Origin: a virus
Length of the DNA stretch: 64,000 nt
IMG/VR virus record: IMGVR_UViG_3300000944_000005
Span: 46,039 to 110,038 of that record
Strand: one strand, 5' to 3'
The notes under the pieces: model-generated
What the model was told of the DNA's origin: nothing
Databases searched by the model: none
The model's input: only the letters and a program-made list of their open reading frames with translations
Program-made: the position numbers and the translations under genes
Shown here: positions 58,290 to 64,000 of the stretch, piece by piece
Position numbering within the stretch: the stretch's first letter is position 1
Layout: each line of letters opens with the position of its first letter

Positions 58290-58304
58290 CTCACTATATA
58301 TGCC
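58290..58304 (-). promoter_or_regulatory. putative promoter motif GGCATATATAGTGAG
   Basis: Second copy of the intergenic motif. Confidence 0.5.
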
Positions 58305-58321
58305 GCAATCCGAGCTTTCAT

Positions 58322-58633
58322 TTAGAAGGTGTACTTCACCCGACGCCCAGCGCTGTTACGTACGATCATTCGTAGTTGTTTCGCACCCAAGGCTTTTTTA
58401 AGATCATCCAGAGCCTTACCGCGTGTGGTAAGGATACAACTCTTGGCTTGTTGCAATGCTGCGTCGTAGATTTTCTTTTTTTTGAAACTACACTTGGCGC
58501 AGTTCTCTCCACCTTTTTTGATGGAATCCAAATCTCGCTTCGGTTGAACTAAGCAGGGAATGATCCTTAGAATATTTGGATCGTTCATCATGCTTTTGAC
58601 GTTCTTATCTTCAATCTTAAGTAGGTTGATCAT
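58322..58633 (-). CDS. small basic hypothetical protein (CAKC)
   Basis: 103-aa ORF. Confidence 0.6.
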   Translation of the reverse strand: MINLLKIEDKNVKSMMNDPNILRIIPCLVQPKRDLDSIKKGGENCAKCSFKKKKIYDAALQQAKSCILTTRGKALDDLKKALGAKQLRMIVRNSAGRRVKYTF

Positions 58634-59772
58634 CCGTGGACCCTATAACAGATTTCGAGTGTAACTGCTCCCAACTCAACTTGCGCATCTGTGTTGTAAA
58701 AATCGTTCCCAACTACGATACCTAATCCGAACGCTCCGTTTTTTAAGTCGCGTACCGTGATCCCTGTGTTACTAAACAAATGATTGTCGTGCGTCAATTC
58801 CTGCCAGTCCTCGGTAAGTACCTCACTAGTAGCTAGATTAGATCCAAGCATGAAGTGTGGATGTTGTAAGGACAAGAAAACTAGACGCGCATGCGGTTCA
58901 CCAGGATCTACTAATGGGACAACCGGTACTTGAAAAGTTGAACCAATTGTCATTGGTGGAATTGTTGGATGCCCTGCGATACCGACTGTAGCGTCATTTA
59001 CTGGATCAGAAGTCGCGGTATCCCTCAAACTGATTCGTGACTTGATTGACTCGACAACTGCGTCATCGGGTAACGCTGAAAAGTCGAACCCGTTTGTAAG
59101 TAATAATTGGCTTGTTTGACCCGCTGCTAACTCTACACGACGCGTTTCCGGATCGTCGCTGGAAAAACTTACATTACTCACACTACTTACTGAGCTGTCA
59201 GAAAGAATGTCATCGTCTAAGGTACTTGTACCCCAAGGGACACCAATCCCACTCAATAGTTCATTTGTAGGTTCGGCCGTGATACAAGTCAAAGGACCTA
59301 GTTCAACCATCTCTGCTGACATAGAACTCATCGGTGGTTCGATTGGTGGGGGTTCTGGGTCGCAGTCAGTACCGCCATTGCAGACGATCAGGGTATCTTC
59401 TGACGCAGTGAAGTTGTCCATGGTACACAACGTATCCATGAGGCGACGAAGATCACCTATCACACACTCAAGGAAATTTTCGGCCTCATGAACAGATCGT
59501 AACAATATGTCTACGTAAGACAATCGGAACCACTCTGGTGAGTCACCTGGACATGGCGCATCTTTTGGCATCTCCGCCAAGTCCACGGGAGACGCGATGT
59601 GATCGAAGTGTCCTTGATTGTTACCATGAGGATCTACTGGCATCATCCGATAAACGAACACACCAGGACAGACACCGCTGGTACAAACAACTTCGATCCG
59701 GATACGGATACCGTCGTGACGACCAATGATGTACGGACTACTCGCGTGACGGATTTTGAGGGAACGGGCCAT
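58630..59772 (-). CDS. hypothetical protein (possibly virion structural)
   Basis: 380-aa ORF with a beta-rich C-terminal domain. Confidence 0.6.
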   Translation of the reverse strand: MARSLKIRHASSPYIIGRHDGIRIRIEVVCTSGVCPGVFVYRMMPVDPHGNNQGHFDHIASPVDLAEMPKDAPCPGDSPEWFRLSYVDILLRSVHEAENFLECVIGDLRRLMDTLCTMDNFTASEDTLIVCNGGTDCDPEPPPIEPPMSSMSAEMVELGPLTCITAEPTNELLSGIGVPWGTSTLDDDILSDSSVSSVSNVSFSSDDPETRRVELAAGQTSQLLLTNGFDFSALPDDAVVESIKSRISLRDTATSDPVNDATVGIAGHPTIPPMTIGSTFQVPVVPLVDPGEPHARLVFLSLQHPHFMLGSNLATSEVLTEDWQELTHDNHLFSNTGITVRDLKNGAFGLGIVVGNDFYNTDAQVELGAVTLEICYRVHG

Positions 59773-59783
59773 CCCTGGTCTCT

Positions 59784-60119
59784 CTAGAATGTAAACGAAC
59801 GGATTCTTCCCTGCTTACTGTCGCGGTAGTATAGCACGACCTCGGAAATGATGTAACCTTTCCTTTTAGACAACCAGGCCTTGATTTTATCAAGTACGGC
59901 AGCATCAACTGATTTTGTTTTCAGGAAAAATGCATCACACACACCTTTCATAAACCTGAACTCTTGATGGCAACGCACACAGTCACGTTGATCAAGAAAC
60001 ATCTGGTAAGCGTCACGCGCTGACTGTCGAAGATACTCGAACTCTGGTACGGCCTGATAGAAATCATCAGCCCGAAGTAGTTGTGAGAGGTGATTACGAT
60101 CTAGGACTAACCGCGTCAT
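59784..60119 (-). CDS. small hypothetical protein (CVRC)
   Basis: 111-aa ORF; similar layout to 58322..58633 (CxxC, C-terminal basic ...F). Confidence 0.6.
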   Translation of the reverse strand: MTRLVLDRNHLSQLLRADDFYQAVPEFEYLRQSARDAYQMFLDQRDCVRCHQEFRFMKGVCDAFFLKTKSVDAAVLDKIKAWLSKRKGYIISEVVLYYRDSKQGRIRSFTF

Positions 60120-61261
60120 GGTAGTTTGACTCTTCTTAGTTTTGGTTCACGCGGTGTTTGTAGTTGTGGTTGCTGCATCCCGGGTTGTGGCGGTGTCAGT
60201 ATCTTTGCGGTAGTAGGGGCAGCTATTTTGTCGATTGTACTACTGGTGACACCGCGTCGCGGTACCGAGGACGTGTTAACGAATTGTTTCTTGGTGTTGA
60301 ACATTTTTATGGTGTAGCCTGCTTGGTAAAGTTGTTCACCGATTTGCCAGTCACCACCGTTATGCGTCAACCCTGTTCCGAGATCAGGAATGTCTGCAGC
60401 AATCATCGCTTCATGTGTAATCGCCCAGAATCCACCACTGACGAATTGAATCTTACTACCATTCGGGCTCGGTTCACCATTGTGTTGCCGCCAAGGTCGA
60501 TTGTGGTACCACGGTCGTGAAGACATTATCTGTCGCTGTTTACTATTGGTAGTCCAAACCATTTTGGTACCAAACATGTGTGCTTCATTATTACGGTGAC
60601 GTTGTGTGATTAGTAACGCAAGATTGTGTAACCACTGAGAGTCAACACAAATTGAATCGTCGTCAAACCAGAGCACCCATTTAGTATCGATAGGGTGATC
60701 AGGATCGTAGAACATCTCTCGCATTACTGGGTACTTGTACGCGTTTTCTGTGTGACGGTAATGTTTTGCGATCACACCAGTGGTTACGAATTGTTCAATC
60801 ATCGCAACTGATTTATCGTTTAACTGATTAGATCCGACACGTAGGTCTACACGATCTCGTGACGTGGAGTCTAGTAAACTGGTTAAGCATTGTTTATGTA
60901 GCTGGTGGTACTCTTCCCCACCGTAGAATAAAATGAACACAGTCACACGTCCACCTACAAGTGGGTGGTCGAGAATCTTGTCATTTTTGAACAGTGGGGC
61001 ATGTTGACCTGGTTTATCTACGATCGGAGAATCCGCGTCCCGTATTACCACATCAGCATCTGGGTTAACCATGATGATCGGTGGTACAATGACAGTACCG
61101 TGTTCAGTGACATTGGTTGTGAGGGGTGGGGTAACTGTACTATCACTTTTATCGATCTTCATTGTGACGATAGCGCCGTCACCACGCTGGTAACGTAACG
61201 ACCCATCGGATTGAATAGGTTGATACGCGGTATCAGTGAATTTGGTAGTATGTTTATCCAT
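60116..61261 (-). CDS. GT-A fold (GT2-like) glycosyltransferase
   Basis: WFDDDS DxD motif, GGFW, GGDWQIG. Confidence 0.7.
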   Translation of the reverse strand: MDKHTTKFTDTAYQPIQSDGSLRYQRGDGAIVTMKIDKSDSTVTPPLTTNVTEHGTVIVPPIIMVNPDADVVIRDADSPIVDKPGQHAPLFKNDKILDHPLVGGRVTVFILFYGGEEYHQLHKQCLTSLLDSTSRDRVDLRVGSNQLNDKSVAMIEQFVTTGVIAKHYRHTENAYKYPVMREMFYDPDHPIDTKWVLWFDDDSICVDSQWLHNLALLITQRHRNNEAHMFGTKMVWTTNSKQRQIMSSRPWYHNRPWRQHNGEPSPNGSKIQFVSGGFWAITHEAMIAADIPDLGTGLTHNGGDWQIGEQLYQAGYTIKMFNTKKQFVNTSSVPRRGVTSSTIDKIAAPTTAKILTPPQPGMQQPQLQTPREPKLRRVKLP

Positions 61262-61267
61262 GCTTAC

Positions 61268-62299
61268 TTAATCAATTTGAGTACGCGTTAAACCAGGTAG
61301 TCCGTCAGTAGATAACGTACCATCGTAATAATACGACGTCACGGCGTTTAAAACCATCGCAGGTTTTATCATCATTAAGCATTCAGCCACTGGAATCTCT
61401 GGTGTTGTGATCGGGCGTTTACACACAGACGTATCAGATCCGATCTTTACAACTTTGTTTTTCCAACAACCCACGTGTCTGCAACAATCTAATAACCCGA
61501 TCGTGTGTAAGTATCGGTGCGGTACAGGGTGGGGTGGGCAACTTGGTCCAAACCCTTTGTTTTCCTGACAGTAAGCCTCCCACCACCAAGCCTCGCGACC
61601 ACCACCAAGAACCACACAAGGTTTGTGCAAAGCTGCAGCTATGTGCATTGCGGCCGTGTTACCACAGATCACACCTTCAGCATGGTAAATCTGGGTGACG
61701 AACTCGCGGAACGTACCCCAACCAACTAGGTCGATAACGTGATCACCTTTGAGTCGTGGGTGCCAGTGGCCTTTACTCACAGCTCCAGTTTGTACGACCC
61801 CCAATCCAAGTTTGTCTAACTCATCAGATACTTCTTGGAAGTAGTCTTGATGCCATACTTTAATAGGAAAATCAGATTTTCCGCCAGTGATCACTAACCA
61901 GTAACGACCGAGGATTGGTGGTGTATTCTTTTCATGATCACTTAAGTGAATGTCCCCATGCGGATAATGTACTGGTACGTGGATACCAGTCTGTCGCTCA
62001 AAGTCACGATGAAAATAAGCAGCAAAGTGGATTGTTTCTTTGTTCTGTTCTTTTAACCCTTTACCATAATCACACTTGATCATTCGCGTATTAGGTACAT
62101 CAATAACTACGTTGTCGCTGTCATGATTCCACAGTCGTGTAATGTACGGGTTGTTTTCCCATATTGGTGTAACTGTAGTATTGAAATCCGTTTCGAACTT
62201 ACCTGGGTACGTCAGGTGAATATCTCGCATCAAAGCGGACAAACACACCAAGTCTCCAGGACTGCGAAAATGGGATAGTATAAATCGTTGCTTACTCAT
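61268..62299 (-). CDS. GT9 (ADP-heptose:LPS heptosyltransferase-like) glycosyltransferase
   Basis: SPGDLVCLSALMRDIH, IWENNPYI, IDLVG, NTAAMHIAAALHKPCVVLGG. Confidence 0.8.
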   Translation of the reverse strand: MSKQRFILSHFRSPGDLVCLSALMRDIHLTYPGKFETDFNTTVTPIWENNPYITRLWNHDSDNVVIDVPNTRMIKCDYGKGLKEQNKETIHFAAYFHRDFERQTGIHVPVHYPHGDIHLSDHEKNTPPILGRYWLVITGGKSDFPIKVWHQDYFQEVSDELDKLGLGVVQTGAVSKGHWHPRLKGDHVIDLVGWGTFREFVTQIYHAEGVICGNTAAMHIAAALHKPCVVLGGGREAWWWEAYCQENKGFGPSCPPHPVPHRYLHTIGLLDCCRHVGCWKNKVVKIGSDTSVCKRPITTPEIPVAECLMMIKPAMVLNAVTSYYYDGTLSTDGLPGLTRTQID

Positions 62300-62309
62300 T
62301 AACCTGATT

Positions 62310-63290
62310 TCATGCGATGTGTTGCTCAGTTTCTTTAAGTAGTTTGTTCGGTTGATCACCCCACGCGTCCTTCAGATTACCGATCCAGTCTGGTTTACGT
62401 TCGGTGATATCTAGGCATTTACGTAAAGCCCATGTTGCACCTAACCAATCTTTTTGTCGATGAAAGAATCTACCGAGTTCGAACCAAAGCTCGCGACAAT
62501 CTGGAAATACGCTAGTGGCTTGAATCAACCAAGAAAGTGCGTTAGTTGAATCGTTTAGGTTGATGTAATTTATACCAAGTAAACGCATAGCATCTGCGCG
62601 TTCGGAAGCCCATGTAGCCGACGGATGCTGTAAGTATTCTGTCAATGTTTGGATAGAATCTCTCGGGCGTCCCTGATAATAATATTCACGGCCAAGGTAG
62701 TACAGTGTTCGGGGGTTACGACACTCACGTACACCTAATTCGAGTAAGTTGATGTAGTTGGGTCGCCCTTTACGCACCATGTAATGGTGGATCTCAAGTT
62801 TATCCGTCGTGACTGGTTTAATCTTCGACATGCAGGTAAGGGCTGAGTGACCTGGGTGACGCCAATGGAATCCGGATCTTGCATGTATGTGGCCAGTCTG
62901 GAAACGCACACCTGGTACTTCACCAAGTTTAATCCAGTTCCACGTATACCAGTACTTGAGCTGATTCGTACCTTTTACCCAGACACGCTCAATTTCTTCT
63001 CGCCACGACGACCCGTCAGTCATGTGAATGATTTCGTCGAGATCCAGTTTCACACAGACATCAACGTCATCAGGTACATTAAACAACGCAGCGTTGGTTC
63101 CATGATCGAAACGCCAAGGGATTATACGTGCGTCCCGTACTTGAACTCCGTGATCACGTAAAGCATCTTGTGTACCGTCATTACTACCGGTGTCGGTAAC
63201 TATGACGACATCAGCTTCTTTTGTTGTCTCAACAAATCGCGTTACATGTGCGACTTCATTTTTAGCCATAGCGTAAACAGCAATTTTCAT
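62310..63290 (-). CDS. GT2 glycosyltransferase with C-terminal TPR repeats
   Basis: AKNE, DTGSNDGT, LDLDE; TPR helices LYYLGREYY, ELWFELG. Confidence 0.85.
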   Translation of the reverse strand: MKIAVYAMAKNEVAHVTRFVETTKEADVVIVTDTGSNDGTQDALRDHGVQVRDARIIPWRFDHGTNAALFNVPDDVDVCVKLDLDEIIHMTDGSSWREEIERVWVKGTNQLKYWYTWNWIKLGEVPGVRFQTGHIHARSGFHWRHPGHSALTCMSKIKPVTTDKLEIHHYMVRKGRPNYINLLELGVRECRNPRTLYYLGREYYYQGRPRDSIQTLTEYLQHPSATWASERADAMRLLGINYINLNDSTNALSWLIQATSVFPDCRELWFELGRFFHRQKDWLGATWALRKCLDITERKPDWIGNLKDAWGDQPNKLLKETEQHIA

Positions 63291-63371
63291 CCTACCCTAC
63301 TCTTCCATTCTTAAATGTTTAATGTAACACCACCAATCATATCAAAATAAAACTCAATCGAAAGTAGAACC

Positions 63372-63932
63372 TTAGGTATCTACATAAACCCACTCGACAG
63401 CGAAAACACGAGGTGAAAAGTTGAGGTCAGGATGCTCAAAACGTACAAACACCCTACCGAAATAATCGTTTACTGATGATGCTGTAGCTGACGCCGTCGC
63501 TGTTTCGGCGTTCCCTGTCTGAGTATTGATATTTACGTTTCCTAATATATTCTGATCTGAGTGAGGTGGGTTGGATACCAATGTTGACCGTATTACGAAC
63601 GTTATATCATCATTAAATTCGTGCGAAATACACTCTTCTAGGCCGATCAGTTCCGCGTTGATTGTGACTTCAACGCTAACACCGTCCTGCTCTATCGTAG
63701 TCGTATGCATGAAGACGGTCGATGGACCTTGCTGGATAACAGGATCCCCATTTACGGGTTCGGATTCCCAAATGACAAACAATCTTCTATCACAGTCGTC
63801 CATACCACCTGTGTCGCCGCCGCCGTCTGTGTCGTCACAGCAGCACGGACCACTGGCGAGAACTAACCGATTTCCGTTACGCAAGAGCTTACCATCGGCA
63901 CCTAGCATTAAAGGACTCACTCGGCACCCCAA
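63372..63932 (-). CDS. hypothetical protein (possibly tail-associated)
   Basis: 186-aa ORF with CCC motif and beta-rich body. Confidence 0.5.
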   Translation of the reverse strand: MGCRVSPLMLGADGKLLRNGNRLVLASGPCCCDDTDGGGDTGGMDDCDRRLFVIWESEPVNGDPVIQQGPSTVFMHTTTIEQDGVSVEVTINAELIGLEECISHEFNDDITFVIRSTLVSNPPHSDQNILGNVNINTQTGNAETATASATASSVNDYFGRVFVRFEHPDLNFSPRVFAVEWVYVDT

Positions 63933-64000
63933 TAACCCTCAGGGCATGATTGTGAAGCCCACGACAATTTATTCGGGAACACCTTTCGGTCGTGCAAGTA

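Noticed and set aside
1-64000. Genome-wide reassignment of UGA (code 4 or 25)
   Set aside because: Many genes end in TGA overlapping the next ATG (e.g. 9809, 24500, 60116) and long genes lack internal TGA; only one clear TGA-split gene was found.

Overview
A 64-kb segment of a large lytic dsDNA tailed phage. It is gene-dense, mostly minus-strand, and continues past both edges. A Planctomycetota-like host is only a weak inference from the CsrA and DUF1257/DUF2997 genes. Recognisable genes are a Rad50/Mre11 (SbcC/SbcD) pair, two CsrA homologues, bifunctional HldE, a PAPS-reductase-like protein, a free-standing HNH, class II ribonucleotide reductase, an adenine methyltransferase, ATP-dependent DNA ligase, AP2 proteins, ParB-like, RNase H-like, an intein-containing gpA-type large terminase, a primase-like protein, an AAA/DUF1257/DUF2997 module and three glycosyltransferases. 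The main findings are: (1) A stand-alone type V-M (Cas12m-like, non-canonical RuvC) CRISPR locus whose 30-repeat array has abnormally short, heterogeneous and mutually related spacers (15-47 nt, median about 20). This is a candidate phage RNA-guided transcriptional silencing system. (2) A Trp-like tRNA with a UCA (opal) anticodon, 3.3 kb from a gene interrupted by one in-frame TGA. (3) A 50-nt hairpin coding gap that splits the terminase inside its G-TP motif, a candidate translational bypass. (4) A shared C-terminal R-E-F/L-R-x-I-x-L-D peptide on many unrelated proteins. (5) ADP-heptose synthesis plus a GT9 heptosyltransferase-like gene. All family calls come from motif recognition by eye; no database searches were run. 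Several frame breaks could be sequencing or assembly errors.
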